From a virus: DNA of 64,000 nt. Positions 37,522-48,566 of the stretch are shown one piece after another. Location: positions 47,031-111,030 of the IMG/VR virus record IMGVR_UViG_3300046514_000687, one strand, 5' to 3'. Position numbers and translations under genes: made by a program. The notes under the pieces were generated by a model. That model did not search any database and was not told the DNA's origin. It saw only the letters and a program-made list of their open reading frames with translations. The stretch's first letter is position 1. Each line of letters starts with the position of its first letter.

Positions 37522-39621
37522 GCGACTGGCCGATGGCCGCTCTAATCGACTCGCTGACGCCTCGCTACGGCCCGCGCCGCGCCGCCTTCCTGGCCGACCG
37601 GCTGAACCCTGGACAGGATCGCTACAGCCACGCGGAGCTACTGGCCCTGGCCGACAAGATTGCCCTGCTCAACGGCTGGGCGACGGTTGACGGCAACACC
37701 GTCATCCCGCAACGAGTGGACCTGATGGAGACCGCCGTGGGCGAGTCCGACGCGCTAGCGCTGCCGCCGGGGCTGCCGGCGGAACACTACCTGCTCCTCG
37801 GCCGGCTGCTCGCCTACGGAGCGCCCCGCTACGGCTTCGCCGCCGCCTGGGACCTGGCGATGCGCCTGGCGCCCACGCTGCCCGACGCCCAGCACGCCGA
37901 CCTGACGGCGATGATCCAGGAGCCCCACCTACCCCACTGGCTGTACGACGACGTGGACCGCCTGGCAACGGCCCGGCGCGTCTCCCGCATCGACGCGAGT
38001 CCCTGATGGAGGAGCACGATGGCTACGACCAACGGCACAGGCGACCGGAACCAGGTGGGCCGCCCGACCCTGGGGGCGGTGCGCGAGCCCCTGCGCCACA
38101 ACCTCAGCGACCAGCTCTACGTGGCGGGCCAGATGCTGCTGGACATGAGCCGCAAGGTGGAGCGCCAGGAGGTGGGGGACTACCAGAGCCAGGGCGAGGT
38201 GGTCGGCTCGGCCCTGCTGAAGATCGTCCTCTTGCACGGGCAGTTGGGGGCGCTGGACGAGGCCGAGGGCGGCAAGATGCACGGGCGCACCACGCCGACC
38301 TTCCCGGACGCGGACCCCGAGGTGACGGACCAGGTGCAGCGCTTCCGCGAGCGGCGAGACTTAGAGCGGACCCAGCGCCGCCAGCGCCCGCCCGAGTTCG
38401 ACGCCCCGCCCGACTTCAGCGCCGACCCGGAGCCCCCGAGCGACTATCCGTGATCCTGCTCTGGTGGTTCGGCTTCTGGTACCCACCCGGCTATCGCGCG
38501 CTCGGGCGCCTGGAAGCCTGGCTCCAGGCGCACCTGCGCTGAGGAGGATCGATGCGCCTACCGCAGACCGCGCGCAACCTGCTCTGGGTGGTGCCCTTCG
38601 TGGTGCTCATCCTCGGTACCGTATACCTGGCGGCGACGGTGAAGGTGCCGACCGGCGCCCAGGACGTCCAGCGCCCGCTGCGCTACGGCCCGGAGCTGAA
38701 TCCGCCGACAGTGATGGACCTCGGCCACGGCATGTACTGCATGAGCTTCTCGGGCGGCAACATCAGCTGTGTGTACGCCCCGGACTGGGTGCGTTAGAGG
38801 GGGGAACGGTGCCGATTGCCTACCGCTGCACCTGCGGCCACTGGAGCTGGTCGCACCTGTTCCTAGAACACCCTGGCGTTCCGACGACCTGGCCCTGCCG
38901 CGGCGCCGACCGCGCGACCGGCCAGTCCTGCCCCTGCCGCGACCTGGACCCCGCGGAGCGGGTGCTGGTGCCCTGATGGCAGACCGACTCATCAAGCTGC
39001 TCGCCGTGGAGTGGGCCTCGAACGGCCTGCCCGGCGACGGATGGACGCTGAGCACCCCGCCGGACCGCGTTCTGAGCTATGACTGGCTCCGAGGCGACCC
39101 GGCGACCCGGCGGATAGTCGTCGTGATCGAGCGCGACGGCTGCTACGAGACGGCCGTGCTCGTGGCAAGGCAGGTCTAGCATGGGGCTCCGCTTTCGCTC
39201 GGCGCGCGGCTTCACCTGCCCGCGCTGCTGCCGCATCACTCGCCACCCCAAAGACGTAGCCAACGCTTACTGCGGATGTTGCGGCGGGCCTGGTCTGCCG
39301 CGCGACTGCGAGCACACTATTCCGTTCCCGAAGGCTGTCCCGGCCCTGCCGCCCCGCCTGCCGAAGGGAGTCTGACCGATGGGGAAGGACCTCAAGTACG
39401 GGACCGTTACCACGCAGCACAAGGCGATTCCCGACGATGAGCCGGTGATCCTCCTCCGCGGCCAGGACGTATTCTGCGCTCCGACGGCGCGCGCCTACCT
39501 CGCTATCCTGGCCGAGAACGGGATGGCTAATACGCCGCTGGCCGTCGCTATGCGCCGCGCGCTGGTCGCGGTGCAGGTCTGGCAGGCCGAGCACCCGGAC
39601 CGGCTGAAGATTCCTGACTAG
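37518..39621 (+). other. small hypothetical ORFs (37518-38006, 38019-38453, 38552-38797 membrane, 38809-38976, 38976-39179, 39181-39375, 39379-39621)
   Basis: Coupled ORFs, RBSs. Confidence 0.55.
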
Positions 39622-39630
39622 GAGGCGCGT

Positions 39631-40155
39631 ATGGGTAGCCACCTGGGAGCGCTTAAAGTCGCTGCTGCACGGATCGGAGTGAGCATCGAGGACTACGAAA
39701 CTAACCGGGCTGCTGGTCTCAAGTGGTGCCACGGCTGCGGCGGCTGGCAGCAGCGCGAGGAGTTTAAGATCGACCGGTCACGCGGTGATGGGCTAAGCGC
39801 AGTCTGTGCCGTGCTGGTTAACACTACTGCTCGGGCCGGCTACCAGCGTAAGGGTCCTCCGCTCCGAGCCGGGCCGGCTCCGCTGCCGGCCCGCGATGGC
39901 GACAAGCGCCAGGCGCGTAAGCGCGTGAACCAGATGGTTCTGGCCGGCCGCCTTGCGCGCCCGAACGACCTGCCCTGCTTTGACTGCGGCCACCGCCGCA
40001 GTCTCGGCACCTTCGGTGGGCGGCGCCACGAGTACGATCACTACCTAGGCTACGACGCGCTCCACCATCTGGCAGTGCAGGCGGTCTGTAGTCGCTGCCA
40101 CCACCGCCGAGCGCGCGACCGCGGAGAGCTGAAAGGGGGCCGCCGCCATGTCTGA
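39631..40155 (+). CDS. HNH-like Zn-binding endonuclease
   Basis: KWCHGC, PCFDCG...HEYDH...VCSRCH; lower GC3. Confidence 0.65.
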   Translation: MGSHLGALKVAAARIGVSIEDYETNRAAGLKWCHGCGGWQQREEFKIDRSRGDGLSAVCAVLVNTTARAGYQRKGPPLRAGPAPLPARDGDKRQARKRVNQMVLAGRLARPNDLPCFDCGHRRSLGTFGGRRHEYDHYLGYDALHHLAVQAVCSRCHHRRARDRGELKGGRRHV

Positions 40156-41233
40156 TAGATCAGGCATCGAGTGGACGCGCGGGAATGACGGCAGCCCCGG
40201 CGCCACGTGGACCCCGATTCGCCGGCGGTGGAATCCGGATCGTCCCGCCGGGCACGCTTGCCTGCGTATTAGTCCTGGATGTCAGGAGTGTTACGCCGGT
40301 AAGCTCCAACCCCGGTACTATGGCGGGCTCAACTATCCGGTCGCCACTACGGAGTCACTCCAGGCGATGCGCGACCTCGTGACTGACGGCACGCTCTACC
40401 TCGATGAGGCGACGCTCACTAAGCCGCTCCACTGGCGCCGCCCCCGTCGCATCTTCGTCTGCTCGATGACCGACCTGTACGGCGAGTGGGTGCCGGCCGC
40501 CTGGATCGACCGCATCTGGGCGGTGATGGCCCACTGCCCGCAGCACACCTTCCAGGTGCTCACCAAGCGGCCGAACCGCCTGCGCCTGTGGATGGGCGAC
40601 GCGCGGGAGTGCGTCCGGGCTACTGCCAAAGCCGACCCGCGTTTCTGGGCCTGGCCGCTGCCGAACGTCTGGCTGGGCGTCTCCATCGAGTCCGATGCCT
40701 TCGCCTGGCGCGCGAAGGTCCTGGCCGAGATCCCTGCGGTGATCCGCTTCGTCAGTGCCGAGCCGCTGCTCGGGCCGCTGTTCAAGCTGAGCTACCGCTG
40801 GGTGCGCTGCCACGACTGCGACTGGGCGGGGCCGGAGCACGAGATCTACGACTCCCGCCTGGCCTGGACTCCGCACTGCCCCGGCTGCCGCAGCGGCCAA
40901 GAACTACGGGCCGAGCCGACCCCGCGCATCCACTGGGTCATCGCCGGCGGCGAGTCCGGCGGCCCGCCCGCGCGCAGCCTGGTCGAGCCCTGCCACTGCA
41001 CGCTGGCCGCTGGGCGCGGCACGCTCGTGCGCGGTCTCTGCGACCGCTGCCAGGGCACAGGGATGGCCCCGAAGGGCGCTGCTTACGCCTGGGTGCAGAG
41101 TATCCAGCAGCAAGCCCAGCGCCAGGGCGCCAGCTTTTTCCTGAAAAGTTGGGGGGGCAGAACCTTTAAGTCCGGCGGGCGCCTCCTGGCTGGCCGCACC
41201 TGGGATGCCTACCCGGACGCGGTTCCGGTGTGA
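40148..41233 (+). CDS. DUF5131 (phage Gp37/Gp68) family protein
   Basis: SGIEWT, CLRISPGCQECYA, IFVCSMTDL, HTFQVLTKR, NVWLGVSIE, FVSAEPLLG, WVIAGGESG. Confidence 0.92.
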   Translation: MSDRSGIEWTRGNDGSPGATWTPIRRRWNPDRPAGHACLRISPGCQECYAGKLQPRYYGGLNYPVATTESLQAMRDLVTDGTLYLDEATLTKPLHWRRPRRIFVCSMTDLYGEWVPAAWIDRIWAVMAHCPQHTFQVLTKRPNRLRLWMGDARECVRATAKADPRFWAWPLPNVWLGVSIESDAFAWRAKVLAEIPAVIRFVSAEPLLGPLFKLSYRWVRCHDCDWAGPEHEIYDSRLAWTPHCPGCRSGQELRAEPTPRIHWVIAGGESGGPPARSLVEPCHCTLAAGRGTLVRGLCDRCQGTGMAPKGAAYAWVQSIQQQAQRQGASFFLKSWGGRTFKSGGRLLAGRTWDAYPDAVPV

Positions 41234-41775
41234 GGCGGTTCTTCGTGATCGTCCTGGCCTGGCTGCTGTTCGTAGTTCTGATCGTCGGGTGGTGGGTGGC
41301 CTTCCTGCTCTGGCGCGCACATGGAGGGTGATGATGTGACTGAGGCTCCCCAGGGCTCGGTCCAGGCCGAGGGCCAGTACGGTACGGCGGCCGGCGACGA
41401 GACCGCCGAGGCGCCCGCGGACTACGCCGCCATCCTAGACGGTATCGCGCTGCGGACCTGGCGGCGCCTGCTGCTCTTCTTCTTGCGGATGCGCGTGGCT
41501 CAGCTCACCCTGGCCGGGAGGGCCGATGACGAGGCTGCGGACTAAGCCGACCGGGCACTGGGAGTGGCGGCGCCTGCTGGAGTGGCCGAACGGGCAGCTC
41601 TGCGAGAACTTCCCGACGACCGAGCCGGCCGCGCGCGACGACTGCGACCTGGCCTTCGAGCTGGCTTACATCCACGAGCAGCGGGTCACTATCCGCCTCC
41701 AGCGCCGCTGGGTAGCCGACTGGGAGACCGTCGACGAGGTCGTCGCCTCCCCGCTGCCCGAAGAAGGAGCGCCCG

Positions 41776-42297
41776 ATGGTCCTCGTGAACTTTCCGGGCT
41801 TTGACGGACCGCCCGATCCCGCACGCTGGATCGCCCTGGCCTTCTGCTGGCCGCTCCTGGAGGCGGAGGGCAAGGCGCGCGACGCCTACTGGCGGACGGT
41901 GGCCTGGACCAAGAACTGGAGCCCCGACCGGGAGCTGATCGGCCTGGTCGGCGAGGTCGTTTACGCTCTCCAGTTTGGCTGGCCCGGCGCGCTGGTCGAC
42001 CGGCCGCGCGTGCCCGACGGCGGTCGGGACTTCCGCGACGTGGACGTGAAGGGCGACTCGCACTGGCAGGACCCGCTGCTGAAGCGCGACAAGCGGCAGC
42101 CGTTCGGCGCGGGCTGGTACTGCCTGGTGGCGGTCGACCTCGTCGGCCAGCGCGGCTACGTAGTGGGCGAAGCCAGCCGCGCGGCGTTTCGCGCCGCCCC
42201 GCTCCGCGACTTCGGCTACGGCCCCGCCCACGTCCTCACGCCGGCGCAGCTCGCCCCCGCCAGCCACCCCGACACGCACCCCGTGGAGGCGCCCTGA
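41776..42297 (+). CDS. possible PD-(D/E)XK-fold protein
   Basis: GLVGE...DGGRD...VDVK. Confidence 0.45.
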   Translation: MVLVNFPGFDGPPDPARWIALAFCWPLLEAEGKARDAYWRTVAWTKNWSPDRELIGLVGEVVYALQFGWPGALVDRPRVPDGGRDFRDVDVKGDSHWQDPLLKRDKRQPFGAGWYCLVAVDLVGQRGYVVGEASRAAFRAAPLRDFGYGPAHVLTPAQLAPASHPDTHPVEAP

Positions 42298-42589
42298 TGC
42301 CCCCCTCCGAAGAAGCCGCCACTCTGATCCGTGCGCTGGCCGAGCAGCTTGCCTGGTTCTGTCGCAAGCCCAAGGATGGCGACGCCAGCCTGCACCTGGG
42401 TATTGGCTGGTACTCGCTCTGCGACTTCGTAGCCGATCCGCGCCTGCCGCGCCCGTGCAGCCCGCGCTGCCAAGCCGTGCGAACGGTGCTCCAGCTCGCG
42501 GCCGACCGCCTGGGCTGCTCCGTCACTGCCTTTACCCCGCCCGCGCCCCGCCGGCGGGGCGCGCGGTCCTCCGGGGAGGAGGAGTTGCC

Positions 42590-43141
42590 GTGGACGAGCT
42601 GAAGCGCTACTACCTGCACGCTCAGCGCCCGCGCCACCCCTGGTGGAAAGCCGCCCGCGCCGCCGCGGCGACGATCCCGGACTTCGCTCGCGGCCTGGTG
42701 GAGTGGCGCCGCATCGACGACGCGCCGATCATTAACGCCGACCTCCGCGAGACTATGGCCTTCTGGGACTGGGCGCGGGCGCTGCCGGGCTGGACCGACA
42801 ACAGCGGCGGGCCGGTGGGCTACCTGGACCGCCAGGACCCCAACTTTATCCAGGGCACCAGCGCCTTCAACCGCGACAGTTTTGACGCCGCCTACCTCAA
42901 GGCGATGGATTCCCTACTATCCCCCAAGGCTTTGTGGCAGATGGGCGTCGCCCTGCTCGTCTCGCCGGTCCCCGATGGCGGCTGGCTCGCGGAGATCGAC
43001 AACGCGGACCCGGCGCTGCCGACCTCCTGCGCTGCTACTCCAGACGGTGCCGTCCAGGCGCTGATGCTTGCCATCGGCGCGGATGTCCGCCAGCATGGCC
43101 GCCAGTTCGACACTGGCCCCGAGGCGCCAAAGGGGTTATAA
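42590..43141 (+). CDS. hypothetical protein
   Basis: GGAG RBS; stop lies inside TATAAT of P10. Confidence 0.55.
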   Translation: MDELKRYYLHAQRPRHPWWKAARAAAATIPDFARGLVEWRRIDDAPIINADLRETMAFWDWARALPGWTDNSGGPVGYLDRQDPNFIQGTSAFNRDSFDAAYLKAMDSLLSPKALWQMGVALLVSPVPDGGWLAEIDNADPALPTSCAATPDGAVQALMLAIGADVRQHGRQFDTGPEAPKGL

Positions 43142-43183
43142 TCTAGCGTAGGTACCCCCGAGAGGTACCGCAGGAAACGGAGG
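43114..43183 (+). promoter_or_regulatory. conserved promoter/leader element P10
   Basis: TGGCCC-17-TATAAT-CTAGCGTA-GGTACC-CCCGAGA-GGTACC-GCAG..GGAGG. Confidence 0.9.
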
Positions 43184-43391
43184 CTCTGATGGACGAGCAC
43201 CCTGCCCCGCCCCTCCCCTGCGACGCACGGATTCGCGTCGCCAAGTGGTTCCGGCTCCACCGCGCCAGCAAGGTCGCGCGAGTCACCTGCGGGCAGCCCG
43301 GCCGCCGCCAGGTCTACGCGGACGGCGACGGCGCCTTCGACGTGGTGCGGTGCCCCGCGCACGCCCTGTTCATCCCCGACGAGGTGCCGTC

Positions 43392-43853
43392 GTGAGCGAG
43401 ACCGTCGCCTTCACCGGCGCCCGCAAGGTCCCGCTCGCCGGCGTCGACCTGATCACCGACGTAGTGGGGCGCCTCCCCGCTACCGCCCGCGTGCTACACG
43501 GCGGCTGCCTGGGCGTGGACGCCCTGGTCGGCCGCGCCGCCTGGGAGCGCGGCCTGGGAGTCCACACCGTCCTGCCCGGCCTGGACCAGTACACCCACCC
43601 CGACTGGGCGCGCTACTGCCACAGCCACGAGCGCCTGGCCGGCGGCTCCGAGTCCTACCGCGCCCGCAACACGCGCCTGGTTGCCCTGGCTGACCGCCTG
43701 ATCGCCTTCCCCGCCTGGCCCGAGCGGGACGGACGGTCTGTCCGCAGCGGGACGTGGATGTGCGTTCGGATCGCGCGGGCGGCCGGCAAGCCCGTCACCG
43801 TCTATCTGCTGTGTGACGTGGCGGCCGACTCGCCCCTGCCGGAGGTGGGCTGA
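43392..43853 (+). CDS. SLOG/DprA-like (YspA-type) protein
   Basis: VAFTGAR, HGGCLGVD, RARN..VALADRLIAF, SGTW....A...GKPV. Confidence 0.8.
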   Translation: MSETVAFTGARKVPLAGVDLITDVVGRLPATARVLHGGCLGVDALVGRAAWERGLGVHTVLPGLDQYTHPDWARYCHSHERLAGGSESYRARNTRLVALADRLIAFPAWPERDGRSVRSGTWMCVRIARAAGKPVTVYLLCDVAADSPLPEVG

Positions 43854-44165
43854 TGGCGCGCTGCTCGCGCTGCAAGCTGCCGCTAGTGCCGGGCTTCCCG
43901 CTCTGCCCGCACTGCGGCAAGAAGGTGAGTCGCTGATGGACACTCCGCGTACCGATGTCGCGGTTGGCGACGTGATCCAGCTCGACCCCGCGGCGCACGA
44001 GGCGTTCGGCGGCTGTCTGCTGATCGTGGAGGAGGTGCGGACCTGGGGCCTGGTTGCCGCGGCGCTGATTCCGCAGGGCGGCGGCCCCGCCCACGCGCCC
44101 TACCGCGTCGCCTGGGGCGCCTTCGCGCGGATCGGCCCCGCTGCCTGGCCGCTGAAGGGGGACTG

Positions 44166-45230
44166 ATGCCGCTCGTGATCGAGCAGGTCCAGCGCGGCAT
44201 GGTACCGCCGCTAGACGCCATGCTGGAGCAGGCCCAGATCGTCCGCATCCAGAACGTCGCCCAGTGGTACTGGGGCCACGACCAGGACTACTGGGAGCTG
44301 CACCGGCACTTCCCCAACGTGGCGCCGCCGTGGCCCGTCGCCTGGTACGAGTACCACATGCCCCGCGTGGTCCAGCTCCTCACTGGCCCGGCGCGCGCTA
44401 CCCCGCTCGGCGTCGGGGTACTGATCAACGCCATCGAGGACCCTGCGGCCTGGTGGGACGCCGAGCACTGGCTGCCCTCCGCCCTCAAGACGCTGATGAT
44501 GATGACCGCTTACCAGCGCACCGACGACGCGCACCAGGCCATCGACATCGCCGAGCGCGTCTTCCAGGACGACACGGCCACGCTCCGCGCCTGCCCGTCG
44601 GACTGGACGCGGGACATGCGCGCCGCGCTCACCGCCCTGCCGGCCTACTGGCGGCGGGTCCAGGCGCGGTGGGTGCTCCAGCTGATCACCTACGTGGAAG
44701 ACCCCGGCTTTCGCGTGCCGATGCCCTACTACGTGGACTTTATCCCGGTGCGCGCGGACGGCACGATCCCCTACGAGGAGCAGCCGGAAGGCCCGGCCGA
44801 GCCGCCGCGGCTGCTGCGCCTGCTGGTCTGCGCAACGCCCGCCAGCGTGGACCTATTCAACCGCCCCGCGCCCTACTTCCACCCCGCGCTGCTAGCTAAC
44901 TGCTTCGCCCACTGCAAGAATGTCGCGGTTACGGACGGCGCCCCGCCGCCGAAGCTAGCGCGCCGCAACGCGCAGAAGGGCCGGCCGTTCCTGACCTGGA
45001 AGGTGCTGGACATCGACCCGATGATGCGCGTGCTGCGCCGCGAGGGCGGCATGGGCGAGCACGGCGAGCGCGCCGCTGCGGCTATGCACATCGTCCGCGG
45101 CCACTTCAACACCTACGACGAGAAGCCGCTGTTCGGCAAGTGGCGCGGCACCTGGTTCGTGCCGATGCACACTCGCGGCAGCCCGCGGGCGGGCCTGGCC
45201 GCCAAGGACTACGCGGTGAAGGGGAAGTGA
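44166..45230 (+). CDS. hypothetical phage protein with C-terminal HxVRGH motif
   Basis: MHIVRGHF...WFVPMHTRG. Confidence 0.65.
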   Translation: MPLVIEQVQRGMVPPLDAMLEQAQIVRIQNVAQWYWGHDQDYWELHRHFPNVAPPWPVAWYEYHMPRVVQLLTGPARATPLGVGVLINAIEDPAAWWDAEHWLPSALKTLMMMTAYQRTDDAHQAIDIAERVFQDDTATLRACPSDWTRDMRAALTALPAYWRRVQARWVLQLITYVEDPGFRVPMPYYVDFIPVRADGTIPYEEQPEGPAEPPRLLRLLVCATPASVDLFNRPAPYFHPALLANCFAHCKNVAVTDGAPPPKLARRNAQKGRPFLTWKVLDIDPMMRVLRREGGMGEHGERAAAAMHIVRGHFNTYDEKPLFGKWRGTWFVPMHTRGSPRAGLAAKDYAVKGK

Positions 45231-45231
45231 G

Positions 45232-45906
45232 ATGACCCGCAAGCGCACCGCCATCGACGACTACATCGACCGGCTGGACGTGAACGTGGTCCAGGAGGAG
45301 ATCGAGGCTACGCGCAAGCACCTGCGGGCGCTGGCGACGGAGCTGCCGCGCCTGTCCCGCCTGCGCGCGGTGATCGCCTTCGTGGAGCGAGTCAAGGACG
45401 AAAACACGACCCTGTACGGCGAGCGCGCGCAGCTCCGCGGCGAGCTGGCCGACGCCCAGGAGCGCCTGGCTGAGGTGCGCCGCCGCTACGAGGTCCAGCG
45501 CATTGCCCTGGAGGACTACCGCGACCGGCTGGAGCGCGCGACGGTCGAGCTGGCAGCGGCGGCGGCACCAGACTCTCCGCTGGCGCCCACCGTGGTGCTG
45601 GTGAGCCTCCTGCGCGCCGCCCTGGACGACCTCGCGGTGGCTGCCAGCCACGTGCCGCCCGACAACAACCTCGCCGTCGCTCTGCACGTCGCGCGCTCCA
45701 CGCTGGAGGCGACTCCGCTGCCCGAGGGCGCCCCGCATACCTTCGTGGAGGTGGCCGCGGCGCTCCAGCCACACATCTGCGAGCCGTGCCGCGCCGGTCA
45801 CCACGCGGACTGCACCGGCAGCGCCGAGCAGGTCTGCCCGTGCTCCGTGCGCCCCTCCGAGTGGGGGGAGCCGGACGGCCCGCACCACTCCCCGCTCCAC
45901 CCGTAA
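45232..45906 (+). CDS. coiled-coil protein with C-terminal Cys cluster
   Basis: Heptads; CEPC..H..C...CPC. Confidence 0.6.
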   Translation: MTRKRTAIDDYIDRLDVNVVQEEIEATRKHLRALATELPRLSRLRAVIAFVERVKDENTTLYGERAQLRGELADAQERLAEVRRRYEVQRIALEDYRDRLERATVELAAAAAPDSPLAPTVVLVSLLRAALDDLAVAASHVPPDNNLAVALHVARSTLEATPLPEGAPHTFVEVAAALQPHICEPCRAGHHADCTGSAEQVCPCSVRPSEWGEPDGPHHSPLHP

Positions 45907-45929
45907 ACTGCGCTGAGAGGAGGCTAGTC

Positions 45930-46265
45930 ATGAGCTACGACGACGAGATCGCCGCGGCCGCGGCGGCTGAGGCTGCCGCGCTAGAGGCCGCCCGGGCGGA
46001 CTGGCCCCAGCTCTGGACGAATACCCCGGATGCCTATGACGGCTTCGGCACCGAGACCATCGAGACCACCGACCTCTATGTGGACGGCCACGCTGGCGGC
46101 GCCTACGACTTCCCGTTCCGCCGCATCCGCTGCGACCCCGCTCACGTCCAGTGGCAGTGCGAGCGTAACAACAGCGGGGCCTACTGGACGCTGGACACCC
46201 CGCTGTGGGCTACCTGGCTGATCGAGGGCCGCGTCGCGCCGCCGCCGGAGCGCGCTCCCGGATGA
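45930..46265 (+). CDS. hypothetical protein
   Basis: GAGGAGG RBS. Confidence 0.55.
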   Translation: MSYDDEIAAAAAAEAAALEAARADWPQLWTNTPDAYDGFGTETIETTDLYVDGHAGGAYDFPFRRIRCDPAHVQWQCERNNSGAYWTLDTPLWATWLIEGRVAPPPERAPG

Positions 46266-46270
46266 CTCGC

Positions 46271-46340
46271 TGGCATTAGCTGTGCAGATGGGTTATAATC
46301 TACTGTAGGTACCCCGCTAAGGTACCGCAGCACACGGAGG
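46271..46340 (+). promoter_or_regulatory. conserved promoter/leader element P11
   Basis: TGGCAT-17-TATAAT-CTACTGTA-GGTACC-CCGCTAA-GGTACC-GCAGCACACGGAGG. Confidence 0.9.
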
Positions 46341-46346
46341 CGCCAA

Positions 46347-46772
46347 GTGACCAAGTCGAAGGGCAAGCGCTGGCGGGTCATCCCCGGCACGCGGACGCCC
46401 GCTCCCGCGCCGCTCGCGCCGAAGGCCCCGAAGGCTCCGAAGTTCGCCGCCACCCCCGCTCCGCTGGTCGACCCCGACACCGACCGCGCCATCCGCGCCG
46501 CCGAGCAGGAGGCCGACCGCGCCTTCGTTGCCACCATGAAGGGCATCGCCCCGCCGGAGTCGTTCGCCGCCAGCCTGAACTCCCTCTTCGAGGTCGTCGG
46601 CCCCGTGATCGCCGCCGGACGCCGCGAGCGCGCCATCGACCTTACGCGCCAGGTCGCCACCATCCGCGAGCAGGCCCGCGAGTTCGAGCGCGAGGGCCGC
46701 TTCAACCACGCCGACAAGGCGCTCGCCCGCGCCGCCAAGCTGGAGCGAGACGTCACCGCCGGGAGGTTCTAG
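46347..46772 (+). CDS. hypothetical protein
   Basis: First gene after P11. Confidence 0.6.
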   Translation: MTKSKGKRWRVIPGTRTPAPAPLAPKAPKAPKFAATPAPLVDPDTDRAIRAAEQEADRAFVATMKGIAPPESFAASLNSLFEVVGPVIAAGRRERAIDLTRQVATIREQAREFEREGRFNHADKALARAAKLERDVTAGRF

Positions 46773-46877
46773 CCCGTGTGGACCAGCACGCCGCGCCCCG
46801 CGCCCTGCCGCTGGTGCCCCTGCAAGGGGCCGACCGCGCCGCTCCCGTTCTGCTACTGCGCCTGCCACCGCTAGGAG

Positions 46878-46947
46878 TGGCCCCGCCCCGCAGGATGGGC
46901 TATAATCTAGCGTAGGTACCTCGTAAGGGTACCGCAGCACACGGAGG
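46878..46947 (+). promoter_or_regulatory. conserved promoter/leader element P12
   Basis: TGGCCC-17-TATAAT-CTAGCGTA-GGTACC-TCGTAAG-GGTACC-GCAGCACACGGAGG. Confidence 0.9.
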
Positions 46948-46953
46948 ACTATC

Positions 46954-48349
46954 ATGCCAGCACCGCGCACCCCGCTCGCCCTCCTGCCCGAGATGCAGCT
47001 CCGCTACGAGGGCCCGCTGTTCAGCGTGACGCCGAGCGCAGACGGTCGCGAGGTCACCATCGCCGCTCGCCCCGACACCGCCCTCGCCCACGCGCCCGCC
47101 ACCGTCCACGGGTACCTCAAGCCCCACCTGTTCGCGCTCCTGCGGATGGGGTACGCAGCCCGCTCCGAGATCACCGTAGCCGCCGGGCGCCCCTGGATCC
47201 GCGCCCTGGTCGTCCGCGAGGCGGGCCGCTAGCGATGAGGATGGACTACAGCCGCGAGACCCCCGTCGTCCTGGAGTGCCGCAACTGCCACTGCCCGACG
47301 CAGATCGTCCGCGTCGACGGGCTCAACCGCGCCTACCTGTGGTGCCTGACCTGCCTCTGGTGGGACTGGCCCCGCAACGCCCGCCTTCCCGCGCCGAAGG
47401 AGGTCCGTCCGTGACTACCGAGCTGTCCGTCGCCATCTCGCTTACCGAGCGCGAGGCCGCCGCCTTCGCGGGCCTGGACGCGGTCCACCGCGGCTACGCT
47501 CAGCTGGCCGCCCGGCAGGCCCTCCGCGCCTACCTGGCGGGCCTGGGCCTGCTGCCGCCCGACACCGCGCTGGCCGTCGGCGACCACGTCACCCTGACCT
47601 TCCCCGGCGCTAGCGCACCGGTGGAGCTGCCGGCCGTGGTCACCCGCGTCGACCACCCGCTGGACCGCGCCGAGCGCGGCGGGCTGGTTACTCTGCCCGG
47701 CCCGTACACCACTTTCCGCTACACCCTGCCTGACGACCGCAGCAGCGAGATCCCGCTGCTGAACTCCACGCTCAGCACATTCGTCAAGGAGGTCTAGCAT
47801 GGACTTCTCCGCGGGGCGCTGCCTGATCCTGGTGATCCCGCCCGTCGGCGTGGTGCGCCGGGCGGTCGTGGTCCGGGCGAGCCACACGCGGCCCCTCGGC
47901 GACCGCCCCGCCCACCCCGGCCCGTTCACCACCGTCCGCATCACCGCCGGCGCTGGCTGGTCCTACGAGGTGACGCTGCTGGACACTGCGCTCGCGGCGA
48001 TGGCGCTCCGCGAGGAGGCCGCCTGATGGCCCGCTTCCGCTGCCCCCACGGCCATCCGGGGCCCTTCCAGCTCAACGTCGAGGTGGCCTGCGGCTGGGTC
48101 GCCCGCGTGGATACTCTCGGCGAGATCCGCGTCGGCAGCCTGGAGTACGTCGAGCCGAGCGGTGCGGTGTGGGTGCTGTCCTGCCGCGCGCCCGATTGCG
48201 ACTGGGCGACTGAGCCGACCAGCCGGTTCTCCGTAACCCCGTACCCGCTGGCTCTCGCGGAGGGCGTGTGGGACCTCGTGACCGACCTCGTCACCGACCT
48301 GCGGCCTCGCCGCAGGGGCACGCGCCAAGGAGGCACTCGTGAGCGCTGA
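46954..48349 (+). other. small ORFs (46954-47232, 47235-47414, 47411-47797, 47799-48026, 48026-48349)
   Basis: Coupled ORFs after P12. Confidence 0.55.
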
Positions 48350-48566
48350 CAACGTATCCGTCCCCATCGTGGTCCCCGCGCCGGTTCTGGAAGGGCTGGA
48401 GGCGGTGCGCGCGTCCGGCAAAACCAACATGTTCGACCGCCACGCCGTCGCCCGTCTGGCGATGGACGCCGGCTACTACGCCACCGCCTTGTGGGTCACC
48501 GAACACCGCGCCACCTACGCTGCCGGCATCTTTGCCGGCTTTGTCGCAGAAGGAGCCACGCCATGA
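48339..48566 (+). CDS. DUF5049-like protein
   Basis: LEAVRASGKTNMFDRHAV. Confidence 0.7.
   Translation: MSADNVSVPIVVPAPVLEGLEAVRASGKTNMFDRHAVARLAMDAGYYATALWVTEHRATYAAGIFAGFVAEGATP

Noticed and set aside
5523-46947. Dispersed GGTACC elements as a CRISPR array or integron attC/recombinase sites
   Set aside because: Spacing is 0.6-10 kb, each copy has -35/-10 boxes and an RBS, the N7 cores differ, and no cas or integrase gene is in the window
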